From contig CAVYBP010000002.1 in assembly GCA_963766775.1 (NCBI GenBank), forward strand, positions 406,910 to 470,909: a stretch of 64,000 bases of DNA, written 5' to 3'. Below, in pieces: positions 30,448 through 38,988 of this stretch. Every line of letters begins with the position of its first letter. Positions within the stretch are counted from its first letter, which is position 1. The notes beneath the pieces are model-generated. The model did not search any database and was not told where the DNA came from. It saw only the letters and a program-made list of their open reading frames with translations. The position numbers and the translations under genes were made by a program. The DNA comes from an uncultured Phycisphaerales bacterium. Its GTDB lineage: Bacteria > Planctomycetota > Phycisphaerae > WQYP01.

Positions 30448-31490
30448 TCACTTCCTGATGTGGAACTCGGCAGACTTGGGCCATCCGGGCACGTTCCGTC
30501 CGCGTTTGGACACTTACCTCCGGGGCAACCGAGAGCCTTCTTGCGTTTCTGACCGCACCATCCTGGGCAAGCGTTTTGTGTGGGGTCGGGCATGCAGATT
30601 CGATTGTCGCGCAACATGACAACTTTGAAGCTGCTGTGCTCGATTACCACATTGTATCGAGCGCCATGTTGCATGAGAATTGATGATGATTGGGTGCCAT
30701 TACCCGAACAATTTGGATCGCCAGCGTTTACCGCCGTTACCTGACTAAAGAACGCCGTTGGAACATTGGCCGATGTAGACAGTGCTGGATGGCCCAATTG
30801 TAAATCTGTGCTTATCGCTCCAACATTGCAAAACGCCTTGGCTGTGAAATCCACAAGGTCAAGGCTCTCATTGAACGTGTTGGCGAGTGCGCCAGATGCA
30901 ACTGGGAATCCGAATAAAAACCGTTGCCTTGTGGTGCCGGTGTAATCCGGTAGTTGCAAGGCATCTAAACCGACCCGCATCTCCGCATTCGCACCATCGC
31001 TTGGCGACGTGGTTAAATCCGGTGATGGCTTAGCCAAAACGCCGGTGATAAATACATCTTTATTTGGTCCCGCATCGACTCCAGGGGTCGGAAAGTAATG
31101 CACATCACTTACATCGCCGGCCCCGACTGTCACAGTTACATTGCTCGTCCCCACATGCTGATTAGTCATGCTTTGACCAGTGGGAAATGCGAATATGAAA
31201 GAACCGTCCGCGGAGGTCGTTTCAACATGCGCCGTGTAGTAAATGGTCCAATTAGAGGGGCATGGGTAGTTGGGGCAAGTGTCACTCCCATCAATTTTTA
31301 TCAGCCCGATTTGAAGTGATATGTCAGCCGTCATCCCCAAGTCCGATGGATCATGGTGGTTGGTAGCGTCAGGATTTGCGTGAAAGCAATAAAAGCAATT
31401 GCCAAGACCGCGTGAAGGGCCGACGTTAACCTTGTCACTTGGGACGCCCTGAGAGCAGCAGTATTTACAGCAAGCCGCTGAGACGGGCAT
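30390..31490 (-). CDS. Cys-rich tail-distal protein (putative tail fibre / receptor-binding protein, N-terminal part)
   Basis: The gene lies downstream of the tape measure. Its N-terminus has CCKYCCSQG and its C-terminus has CPGWCGQKRKKALGCPGGKCPNADGTCPDG. Confidence 0.55.
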   Translation of the reverse strand: MPVSAACCKYCCSQGVPSDKVNVGPSRGLGNCFYCFHANPDATNHHDPSDLGMTADISLQIGLIKIDGSDTCPNYPCPSNWTIYYTAHVETTSADGSFIFAFPTGQSMTNQHVGTSNVTVTVGAGDVSDVHYFPTPGVDAGPNKDVFITGVLAKPSPDLTTSPSDGANAEMRVGLDALQLPDYTGTTRQRFLFGFPVASGALANTFNESLDLVDFTAKAFCNVGAISTDLQLGHPALSTSANVPTAFFSQVTAVNAGDPNCSGNGTQSSSILMQHGARYNVVIEHSSFKVVMLRDNRICMPDPTQNACPGWCGQKRKKALGCPGGKCPNADGTCPDGPSLPSSTSGSDRAPQFQIAVRQQPQRAAV

Positions 31491-31498
31491 ATAGTCAC

Positions 31499-32581
31499 CT
31501 AACTTGAGCTGGAGCTATCGGGAACTTCCTGCGACGAATTCATGGCGTTGGTGATGGTCCAATAAGGTGTCGGCGGGGTTGTGCTGGTGTCGTAGCCACG
31601 GAATCGCACGACAATAAAAGCGCCGTTCGGTAGCGGAAGCAAGGCGCAATTTCCACTGTCAATAGTGCCATCCGATTGCTTGACGTTGGTATTGCCGGTG
31701 CCGATGGTTCCGGTGCCAGTGAAGGTGTTGAGGCTTTCGGCGGAACTGAAGGCGATGAGGGTATTACTTCCTGAACCGCCCCACGTCCCGCCAGCCGAAG
31801 CCCCGGAACTCATATTCCAAGCGCCTAGCTGGATGGTATATTTCCACCGGATCGCACCATTGATCGCTGTTGGATCGGCGACGATCTTTGCATCGGATGT
31901 TTCACGGCCGCCAGCGGTGATTGTGTAGTAGGTCCTGGGCGGCGTGGTGCCGCTGTCCACTCCTCGGACCTCGACAGTGACGTAATCACCTACCAGAATG
32001 CCAACGCGAGGATTATCAAAGTAAGCCGAAGCGTCTGTGCCCCCGCTATCGTCAGTCCATGCCCCTTTTGAGGAGCCCGATGGGTTATCCCAATGTCCAA
32101 TTTGTATCTTGAAAATGACATCCGGGGTGGCGGCGGTGTTTTTGGTTATCGCGGTGACTTTGGCCTGAATTAAGTTGTTGTCTCTTGAGAATCTGTTGCT
32201 CCGTATCCATTGGGATGGTCCTGAATCCCAAACCCTCGTGAATCTAAGCCACACGACTGGTGTTCCTGCGACTGCCCCCCCGCCGCCTCCAAACTCGTCA
32301 TCATTGATCGCAAAATTGTCGCTCGTCGTCCCGCTTTGTCCGGACGGCATGTCGTCAAAACCTGTTGTGGTTTCGCGTTGCTCAGTCCACGCATAATGGT
32401 TCACACCGCTGACGACAGTGGGGCTGGCGGCAATCTTTGCCCAACATCCCGCATTCGCTTCCCCGTCCTGGCTTCCGCTCGGCCCGCCCACAAAGTTCGT
32501 AGGCGTCCTCTCGAACGCCTTCACTGCACGAGCGATGCGATTAACTTCTTTGGCTGCGAATCCGTAAACGGCGTCTGGCAT
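31499..32581 (-). CDS. tail-tip/baseplate-like protein with three internal domain repeats
   Basis: Units of about 100 aa end in RGVDSGTTPPRTYYTITAGG and RGYDTSTTPPTPYWTITNA. The C-terminus is DSSSSS. The start overlaps the upstream stop (TAATG). Confidence 0.5.
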   Translation of the reverse strand: MPDAVYGFAAKEVNRIARAVKAFERTPTNFVGGPSGSQDGEANAGCWAKIAASPTVVSGVNHYAWTEQRETTTGFDDMPSGQSGTTSDNFAINDDEFGGGGGAVAGTPVVWLRFTRVWDSGPSQWIRSNRFSRDNNLIQAKVTAITKNTAATPDVIFKIQIGHWDNPSGSSKGAWTDDSGGTDASAYFDNPRVGILVGDYVTVEVRGVDSGTTPPRTYYTITAGGRETSDAKIVADPTAINGAIRWKYTIQLGAWNMSSGASAGGTWGGSGSNTLIAFSSAESLNTFTGTGTIGTGNTNVKQSDGTIDSGNCALLPLPNGAFIVVRFRGYDTSTTPPTPYWTITNAMNSSQEVPDSSSSS

Positions 32582-33480
32582 TATGCGAATCCAAAACCGG
32601 CGAATGACATCGGTTTGTAAGGCTTAAAAGTGAGCGTTGCAGGCGTGTCCGATGAATCCGCCTTGCCCACACCACTGCCATCCAGCGGCCATGGCTTGTC
32701 GGTCTTTATGGGTGGGCTCGCCGGGTTGTCGTCAGCCATCATGATCGGGTTGAGGTTGCCGCTTCCGTCCAATTCGTTGAAGCCGACATCCGCAAGTGTG
32801 TCGTCCCACGATTGACGGAGTTTGAGAACGATGGTTTGTTCCCTGTAGGCTATACCGTTTGTTAGCTTGAAGGGCCCTGCGCTCATTCCTGAAATGATCG
32901 CCCGATTCGCAGCAACGGTGTACCCATCAATGGTGAACGCGTCGTTGTTGACCGCCTTTCCGTTGGTGCCATCGCCGCAATAAGTGATCGCGGTGGCGGG
33001 GCTGAATGCTGCGACATTCTTTTTATAGGTCACAACCACCGTGCCAGTTTCGCGCTCAAGTAGCTGCTCAAACGGTTGGCCGGCGGAGTTCACCACCGGC
33101 TTTGGCGTCGGCGAATTATCCAAAAAATAGGTTTGGGTGGCGTCGGCAAAATCCCACGTGATTTCCGCAGGAACGCTCAGTGGGTTTTGAAAATCTGTCC
33201 GGTCAGAATAATCGACCTGCACCTGCCAAATGGTGCCAACCACAGAATCCTGATCATCCCACGCTTTTACGGTGATTGATTTCACGCGGCGTGGGTATGT
33301 GGCCACTACATCCTCGGGCAAAACCTGTGAGTAAATTGGGATAGATGTAGCGGTTTCCGCAATCGCGGGTGCGGTGCGAACGTTGTAGAAAACTAAGAAG
33401 TATCGCGTTGCAATTGCTTCGTCCTTTGTGCGATTCGTCGTCGCCAATTGGGTTTGTTCTTTGGTCGTCAGATAGGCCAC
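32581..33480 (-). CDS. putative distal tail protein
   Basis: It is the first gene after the tape measure. No motif was recognised. It ends in FAGFGFA. Confidence 0.45.
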   Translation of the reverse strand: MAYLTTKEQTQLATTNRTKDEAIATRYFLVFYNVRTAPAIAETATSIPIYSQVLPEDVVATYPRRVKSITVKAWDDQDSVVGTIWQVQVDYSDRTDFQNPLSVPAEITWDFADATQTYFLDNSPTPKPVVNSAGQPFEQLLERETGTVVVTYKKNVAAFSPATAITYCGDGTNGKAVNNDAFTIDGYTVAANRAIISGMSAGPFKLTNGIAYREQTIVLKLRQSWDDTLADVGFNELDGSGNLNPIMMADDNPASPPIKTDKPWPLDGSGVGKADSSDTPATLTFKPYKPMSFAGFGFA

Positions 33481-33490
33481 GTCGGGACTC

Positions 33491-35614
33491 CTATGTGAAC
33501 GTCGCCACAGCGAGGAGCGGCTGGCGCGTGTTTTTTTCGATCTTGTCTAAAAAGGTTTGGTTGCGGCGTTCGTTTTCATCGCGCCGGTTGTCCGAAATGA
33601 GCGTGCCACCGGGCGATGCGCTGGCTCTCACGGGGGCAGCCACCGGACGTGGGGCGGACGCTCCCGCCGGCGAGGAAATTGTTGCAAACTGGAATGCCAA
33701 AGCCTGTGCCTCCGCGCTCCCCGCGTGAATCGCTTTTGCAAGTTTAGGCTCAATCGTCACGGTGAGGGTTTGCGGGTCGAGTGACGTTTTGAGGGGCGAT
33801 GGTTGTTCGATTTTTGGAGCTTTAATCGTTGGGGCGGCCACAGGGTGGAAAAGGTTCTTGAAAAAATCGCTCACACCTTTTGCGCCCTGCTCAGCTTCCT
33901 GCTGGCGCTTCGCAATGTGGTCCGCCAATCCATCCGCGAAATTGTTTTCGAGATAGTTGTTTTCATCTTCAAGCTGCTTTTCTAGTTCGCCTTTTTCCCG
34001 TTCCGCGATGCCGGGCCATTCAATGACGGTTTCTTCAAAGCCCTTCGTCAATGGAGTCCACACGTCGCTCCACTTTGTTTTGCCGCTGATGAGGCCTGGC
34101 AAATTAGTGAAAACGGCTGCAATGTTGTGTCCGAGATTCCCAAAAATGGTGGTGGTGAAGTCGTAGAAGTTCTGGAACTTCGACACTAAAACGGCGATTG
34201 CGTAGCCAACCGTGGTTACGATGACTTCATTAAAAATGTATTCAATTTGGTTCCCAACGCGCACCACAACTAGCGCCACCTTTGTACCAGCAAGTTCAAA
34301 GAAGTCCTGCCAGTGCGTGATCGCGTATTCAACTGTGTCAAAAACCGCCGTCAAGCCGTTTTTCATGTCGTTCCCGACATCAATTATCTTCTCGAACACG
34401 GTGGTGGTGTCCGCACCCATTTCAGTCGTAGAACCGGTAATGAGTTCCGCCCCTGAGTCCCAAATTATGACAATTCCTTGCCACAGTTGTGATGCAAGTT
34501 CCTCAATAGCGCCCCACACCGCGGACAGCGTGTTCCAGATCGCGAGGCCATACGCCACATTGCTTTCAACGATGGATTCCCAGCGGCTCGAAAACGCCTC
34601 ATATAGGCTTCCAAGAATCGGCGCGATGAAGTTGTAAATGGATGTCCAGGTGTTGGAAATAGATGAATAAATTTTGGCCATCGCTCCGCTGATGTTCGGC
34701 TCAATCATTTCCCATGCGTTGGTGACGAAGGCAACCGTCCTGGTGATGACTGGGGCGATGTAGGTATAAATCCCCGACATAGCGCCCGTAATGTTCCCCA
34801 CGATCCGTTGGATGGCGGGGACGGCGGCACTGAGGCCGGCAGTGAGTTTGTCGGCCGTAAATTGCACGAATGGGGCGAAGGCAATTGCGATGGTTCTGCC
34901 GATGCCAACGAAAACAGATTTGAATCGGTTCACTGCTTCATTCGCCCGCTCAATGCGGGATGCATCCAACCTGCTGAACGTGATTCCGAGTCGCGATGCC
35001 TCGCTCTGCATGTCGCCGATTGCGTTGCTACCTTGGTTCAAAAGCGGGATAAGGGTCTGTCCACTTTTACCGAATACGTCCATCGCTGCGGCAGCCTTCT
35101 GTGCCGGATTCTGAATCTGGCTGATCGTCTGCGCAATTTGTTTGAACGCATCGTCCGGAGATTCGTTCTGCAACGTCTGGAAATTCAGGCCCAGCTTGTT
35201 AAACGTCTCCACCGCCTCTTTTGATCCGCCGTTTGCCTTCCCCAGCGTTTTGAACATCTTCTCAAACCCGTTGGTCAATTCCTCGTCTTCAACACCACAA
35301 ATCTCTGCGGCATGCTGAAAGCCCGTGAGGCTCTCTGTGCTGATGCCGAGGCGATCTGAGAGCTTGGCAATATTGTCGATCGCTGCAAATTGCCCTCGGA
35401 CGCCGAACCCCTGGGTGATCGCGCTACCAATGGATTCCAAAGCGGTTCCAACAATGCTTGCAATGCCGGTGATGGCACCGATTTTCGCGCCGGCACCGAG
35501 AATGCCGCTCACAAAGCTGTTGACCGATTCGACGGCGTTTCCGGAGAAGGCTTTTGAGAAGTTGCCGATATCTCCGAACAGGCCGACGCTGAGAGATGTG
35601 ATTTGTTTTGCCAT
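33491..35614 (-). CDS. tail tape measure protein
   Basis: The 707-aa protein is Ala/Gly/Ile-rich and helical and sits after the tail chaperones. GISTESLTGFQHAAEICGVEDEELTNGFEKM is a typical TMP N-terminal region. Confidence 0.8.
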   Translation of the reverse strand: MAKQITSLSVGLFGDIGNFSKAFSGNAVESVNSFVSGILGAGAKIGAITGIASIVGTALESIGSAITQGFGVRGQFAAIDNIAKLSDRLGISTESLTGFQHAAEICGVEDEELTNGFEKMFKTLGKANGGSKEAVETFNKLGLNFQTLQNESPDDAFKQIAQTISQIQNPAQKAAAAMDVFGKSGQTLIPLLNQGSNAIGDMQSEASRLGITFSRLDASRIERANEAVNRFKSVFVGIGRTIAIAFAPFVQFTADKLTAGLSAAVPAIQRIVGNITGAMSGIYTYIAPVITRTVAFVTNAWEMIEPNISGAMAKIYSSISNTWTSIYNFIAPILGSLYEAFSSRWESIVESNVAYGLAIWNTLSAVWGAIEELASQLWQGIVIIWDSGAELITGSTTEMGADTTTVFEKIIDVGNDMKNGLTAVFDTVEYAITHWQDFFELAGTKVALVVVRVGNQIEYIFNEVIVTTVGYAIAVLVSKFQNFYDFTTTIFGNLGHNIAAVFTNLPGLISGKTKWSDVWTPLTKGFEETVIEWPGIAEREKGELEKQLEDENNYLENNFADGLADHIAKRQQEAEQGAKGVSDFFKNLFHPVAAPTIKAPKIEQPSPLKTSLDPQTLTVTIEPKLAKAIHAGSAEAQALAFQFATISSPAGASAPRPVAAPVRASASPGGTLISDNRRDENERRNQTFLDKIEKNTRQPLLAVATFT

Positions 35615-35949
35615 TAATTGGCTCCAAGTCTCGCGACGTGTCTTTCGTAGGCTCGCATGGATCGTTCTCGGTATTCTTCTTGCGTCGGCGGGGCTTTAGC
35701 CTCGAAAGTGAGCATGTAATCACGTTCGTCAAGCCGCTTTTTTCCAGATGCAACTTGCAACGTTGCCCATACTTGGCGGGCCATCCGCATATCTGCCCGC
35801 TCCTCGCCCCACGGCTCGACTGCGTAGAATTCCTTCCACTCACTCACTTGTCGCGGAGAAAGGATCGTCTCGAGCATGTCGGGATGAGGTACACCTACGG
35901 CGAGGCAGACCCGGAAAAGGAAGCGATTTTCCGGGCTTAAGATTTTGGG
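35614..35949 (-). CDS. tail assembly chaperone, frameshift-extension (gpT-like) part
   Basis: The -1 frame is open without stops from the slippery site at 35949 through the listed ORF 35614..35877. Confidence 0.65.
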   Translation of the reverse strand, partial: PKILSPENRFLFRVCLAVGVPHPDMLETILSPRQVSEWKEFYAVEPWGEERADMRMARQVWATLQVASGKKRLDERDYMLTFEAKAPPTQEEYRERSMRAYERHVARLGAN

Positions 35950-36263
35950 TCGATGGCCTCCTTTGTCTGCATTCCTGAATGTTCAAGAACCGCTTTCACG
36001 ATATTGTTGAGGGTTCCGATACCCAGTGCGTTGAGGGCTTCTGGAGCCTCTTCGGCGGTAAGCAAATTGGAACCAGCTTCATCCACTAAACACCGCTGCG
36101 CGATAAAAATAGCCGCGTCGGCATTTTTTTCCTTGAATTCGTTTGAAAGCGATTTCGCTTCGGCGACGGTCAATTCACGAACCCGCACCGCTCCCAAGCC
36201 ATCAATTTCGACGGACTTGGTAACGATAGCGCGTTTGCTGAGGAAGGTTTCACGAGTGAGCAT
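35937..36263 (-). CDS. tail assembly chaperone (gpG-like)
   Basis: The 108-aa acidic protein lies between the major tail protein and the tape measure. Confidence 0.65.
   Translation of the reverse strand: MLTRETFLSKRAIVTKSVEIDGLGAVRVRELTVAEAKSLSNEFKEKNADAAIFIAQRCLVDEAGSNLLTAEEAPEALNALGIGTLNNIVKAVLEHSGMQTKEAIDPKS
35943..35949 (-). promoter_or_regulatory. -1 programmed ribosomal frameshift slippery heptamer C-CCA-AAA
   Basis: The minus strand reads gaC CCA AAA tct taa. The heptamer sits two codons before the gpG stop. Confidence 0.65.
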
Positions 36264-36301
36264 GGGAGGTAGCCTTTCAAAAATTGAGCATTAAAAAAAC
36301 G

Positions 36302-36745
36302 TTAGGCTCCGGGAACGGAAGTTCCCAATGTTGCGCTGAACACGGGTTTCGTGGTCAGTTTGAGCGTAATCTGATTTTTGATCGCTTCGTCTTCTGTTTT
36401 GGTTTCGGTTCCAAATTTCTTGAGGTAGCCGCTGAATGTCCACCCCGCGCCGTCAGGGTAAACCTCGGCGTAGTCGTAGATGTTCCCGTCTCCGAACGTC
36501 GCGTAAATTGCGGCGGCCTGGGTCTTGTTGTAAATCACGTCGAACTCTTGTGTGCCCGGCTCGATCATGCCGGGTTTGTACTCGTGGGTGTTGCCAGGGC
36601 TGTCGTTATTGGTGATCTTCACGTCCCCAACCTCGGGCTCTGGGCCCTTGAGGTCGATAGACGCGGCAAACTTCACCCATGTGGTTGTTCCGGTGGGGGC
36701 ATGATAGAGCTGACTGGCGTAACCGAGTGTTGAGTTGGTTGGCAT
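36302..36745 (-). CDS. major tail protein
   Basis: MPTNSTLGYASQLYHAPTGTTTWVKFAASIDLKGPEPEVGDVKITNNDSPG resembles TP901-1/phi13-type tail tube proteins, and the position fits. Confidence 0.7.
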   Translation of the reverse strand: MPTNSTLGYASQLYHAPTGTTTWVKFAASIDLKGPEPEVGDVKITNNDSPGNTHEYKPGMIEPGTQEFDVIYNKTQAAAIYATFGDGNIYDYAEVYPDGAGWTFSGYLKKFGTETKTEDEAIKNQITLKLTTKPVFSATLGTSVPGA

Positions 36746-36758
36746 TTTCCGGCGCTCC

Positions 36759-37175
36759 TTAATGGTAGTAATCAATGGTCAATTCAAGCCGCACACGTTG
36801 CGGCGGTTTTGTTTGTCCCTCTTCAACAGGCTGATGGTCGTCGCTGATGTCTGTGACGCGGATACAACCAATTCGTATCCCTGAAAATGTTCCGCTCACG
36901 CCGTCAAGAGCGGCCTCGGCGGCGTCCGCGATGGCTCGGGCGGTTAACAGGTCATCGGCGGACGCATAGAGGTAGAGGCGGCATTGCCGCAAACTCGCTG
37001 GGCCGTCGTTGCTGTACTGTTTCTCGGTCCCGATCCTTTCGTGATACATTTTTGGGCGCGCGTTTTTATCCGCACCCGTGGCAGTCGAAATGCGGTTACC
37101 AATGAGGGCAAACACACCGGAATCCGCGATGAGCATCGCAGTGAGTGCGCCTTCGACTGTCTGCAATGTGGGCAT
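36759..37175 (-). CDS. tail completion / tail terminator-like protein (DUF3168-like)
   Basis: The call rests on position and size. MPTLQTVEGALTAMLIADSGVFALIGNRI is a typical N-terminus. Confidence 0.55.
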   Translation of the reverse strand: MPTLQTVEGALTAMLIADSGVFALIGNRISTATGADKNARPKMYHERIGTEKQYSNDGPASLRQCRLYLYASADDLLTARAIADAAEAALDGVSGTFSGIRIGCIRVTDISDDHQPVEEGQTKPPQRVRLELTIDYYH

Positions 37176-37178
37176 GCG

Positions 37179-37634
37179 TCAACCTTTTTTAGCTTCGGAC
37201 TCAATGGCCTCGGCGAGTTTTTCTTCATACACCGCAAGGCACTGAGCTTGCGAAGAATCGAAGCCCTTTTGAAGCGGATGTTGTCCAGGCACTACTTTTC
37301 CTCCGATATGCTCAAAACCTTTTTCGACCAAATGAAGGTGACGGGCCACGCGTTCAGGTTTCTCATGCTCTCCCGTAGGCGTGGTCATTTTTGAAGTATC
37401 CACGCCCACGCGTCCGTTAAATTTGAAGTTCCTGCCGGAGATTTTCTTTGCGACCGCTTTCTTTAGACCTCCGCTGGCAACAGGCATGTTGTCACGAACG
37501 GCTTTGAGCATTGGTGTGGTGGCGGCATTCGTCACTTTCCTCAGCACCCTCGCCGCCGTGGAAGCGCTGCCAAGATTCTGGAGCTTCCGCAACAGTTCTT
37601 TGTGTCCTTTGATTACAAACCTCGGCCTGCTCAC
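37179..37634 (-). CDS. HK97 gp10-family tail component
   Basis: The pattern KGHKELLRKLQNLG...LRKVTNAATTPMLKAVRDNMPV...HLVEKG fits the family. Confidence 0.65.
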   Translation of the reverse strand: MSRPRFVIKGHKELLRKLQNLGSASTAARVLRKVTNAATTPMLKAVRDNMPVASGGLKKAVAKKISGRNFKFNGRVGVDTSKMTTPTGEHEKPERVARHLHLVEKGFEHIGGKVVPGQHPLQKGFDSSQAQCLAVYEEKLAEAIESEAKKG

Positions 37635-37975
37635 GTCTGCACCTGATTACAAGAGCTTTCCCAAAACATTTGACGCGACTCAATATCAATGACCCCAACA
37701 ATGTCCAGCACATTCCCGCGAAACATCCATCTGAAATCCGTGCTGTTGAGGCCCGGGAAATACCTAGTCACGACGATATGGGAAACATTCGACACCACAC
37801 GCGCATCTGATTCGAGACGTTCTTTGGCGGTAATTGGTGTCACCCTTGCCCATCTAGGATCGCCCACATTTGTCCACGTCTCCACCGATTCTCGCATCTC
37901 GTTTGGCGTGCGCGTTATTTGTTGCAACTGCACCTGATTCCTGAGTTCCCCTGCTTGGATGTCGGCCTTTCCCAC
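37631..37975 (-). CDS. head closure / head-tail adaptor protein
   Basis: A GTG start at 37975 follows the upstream stop. AGELRNQVQLQQ...WTNVGDPRWARVTPITAKERL is the head-tail joining pattern. Confidence 0.65.
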   Translation of the reverse strand: MGKADIQAGELRNQVQLQQITRTPNEMRESVETWTNVGDPRWARVTPITAKERLESDARVVSNVSHIVVTRYFPGLNSTDFRWMFRGNVLDIVGVIDIESRQMFWESSCNQVQT

Positions 37976-37977
37976 TG

Positions 37978-38658
37978 TTAAAACCCCTTCACGCGGTCTT
38001 GCATGACGAGCGCCATGGTCCCCATCGGAACCTCGTTTAATGCTCCCGGGGAAACGCTGGCGCGGTTGGTGTACCAATGGGCCGCAAGCTGGAGAATCGC
38101 AAGTTGGTACGTCTCTGGTACGTTCGTGCCAGCCGTGCCGTAGCCAGCGGTGTAATTCACCACCACGGCGTCAATGACCGGCTTGGTGGCCGGCCAACTC
38201 AATCCCGTTGACGGTGTGATGCGTCCGGGTTCAGAGTCCGCGTCCACCGTATAGGTGCTGGGGTCGAGTGTCTGAACGTTCCCCGATGGGTCGATGTACG
38301 TGATGGAACTCACCGCAATGAGCGGTGGGTTGGGCAACTTAAACGCCGATCTGGCTGGGTCAAAAATGTCCAGTCCGAGAAGCGGCTGCATGTCGATTCC
38401 CGAAATAGCACCTGCGCCGGAGTAGTAAGGCCGACCGAACGGGGATGGGAAGCAATCCACGGTGAGGCGATACCCTGCGGTAATCATCTGCCTCCCGCAC
38501 GCGCCCTCCACGTACCGCCTCGCTGCCGAGATATAGACAGCAATGAGGGAGTCTTCGGTCGTGATGTCGGCGTCTATGCGGGCTTGGCTTTTCACCAGAG
38601 CCACGGACACCGGCTCAACACCGGGGGGCGTCACAAGTTTTAGCGCTTCGTGTGCCAT
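37978..38658 (-). CDS. gp6-like head-tail connector protein
   Basis: VKSQARIDADITTEDSLIAVYISAARRYVEGACGRQMI is a gp6-like N-terminal domain. Confidence 0.65.
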   Translation of the reverse strand: MAHEALKLVTPPGVEPVSVALVKSQARIDADITTEDSLIAVYISAARRYVEGACGRQMITAGYRLTVDCFPSPFGRPYYSGAGAISGIDMQPLLGLDIFDPARSAFKLPNPPLIAVSSITYIDPSGNVQTLDPSTYTVDADSEPGRITPSTGLSWPATKPVIDAVVVNYTAGYGTAGTNVPETYQLAILQLAAHWYTNRASVSPGALNEVPMGTMALVMQDRVKGF

Positions 38659-38664
38659 GATCCC

Positions 38665-38886
38665 TTACTTGATGGGGGGAGTGACGGGCTTGGCGGCGGC
38701 GCCCTTGTCTTTTGCCGACTTCCATGCGGCATACGCTTTTTCGCCAGCTTCATCGGCGGCGCTCACAATGCCTTTTTCGATGAAGCGAAACGCTTCCGGC
38801 TCGTCGGTCAACGTGTAAGTGCGTCCCGACTTGTAAGCGAAATTCGGCCCTGCAACGCTCTCCTCAAATACAACTTTGACGGGCAT
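38665..38886 (-). CDS. hypothetical small head-module protein
   Basis: The internal ATG at 38886 gives MPVKVVFEESVAG.... The gene lies between the capsid and connector genes. Confidence 0.4.
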   Translation of the reverse strand: MPVKVVFEESVAGPNFAYKSGRTYTLTDEPEAFRFIEKGIVSAADEAGEKAYAAWKSAKDKGAAAKPVTPPIK

Positions 38887-38988
38887 GGGGTTTCTCCTGT
38901 GGGTGAAGTGATACAAAAAACAACGATATAGGGCGGGTGGGGCCGGCCCTGGCGTAAGGCCGGCCCCGAGCGACACCCCATGCGTCGA

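Noticed and set aside
30167-30619. Highly acidic ORF (EEEDDDEELLEEELEELEEEDELEDE)
   Set aside because: It is the reverse complement of the poly-Ser coding tract. It sits on the wrong strand for the operon and has no start context.
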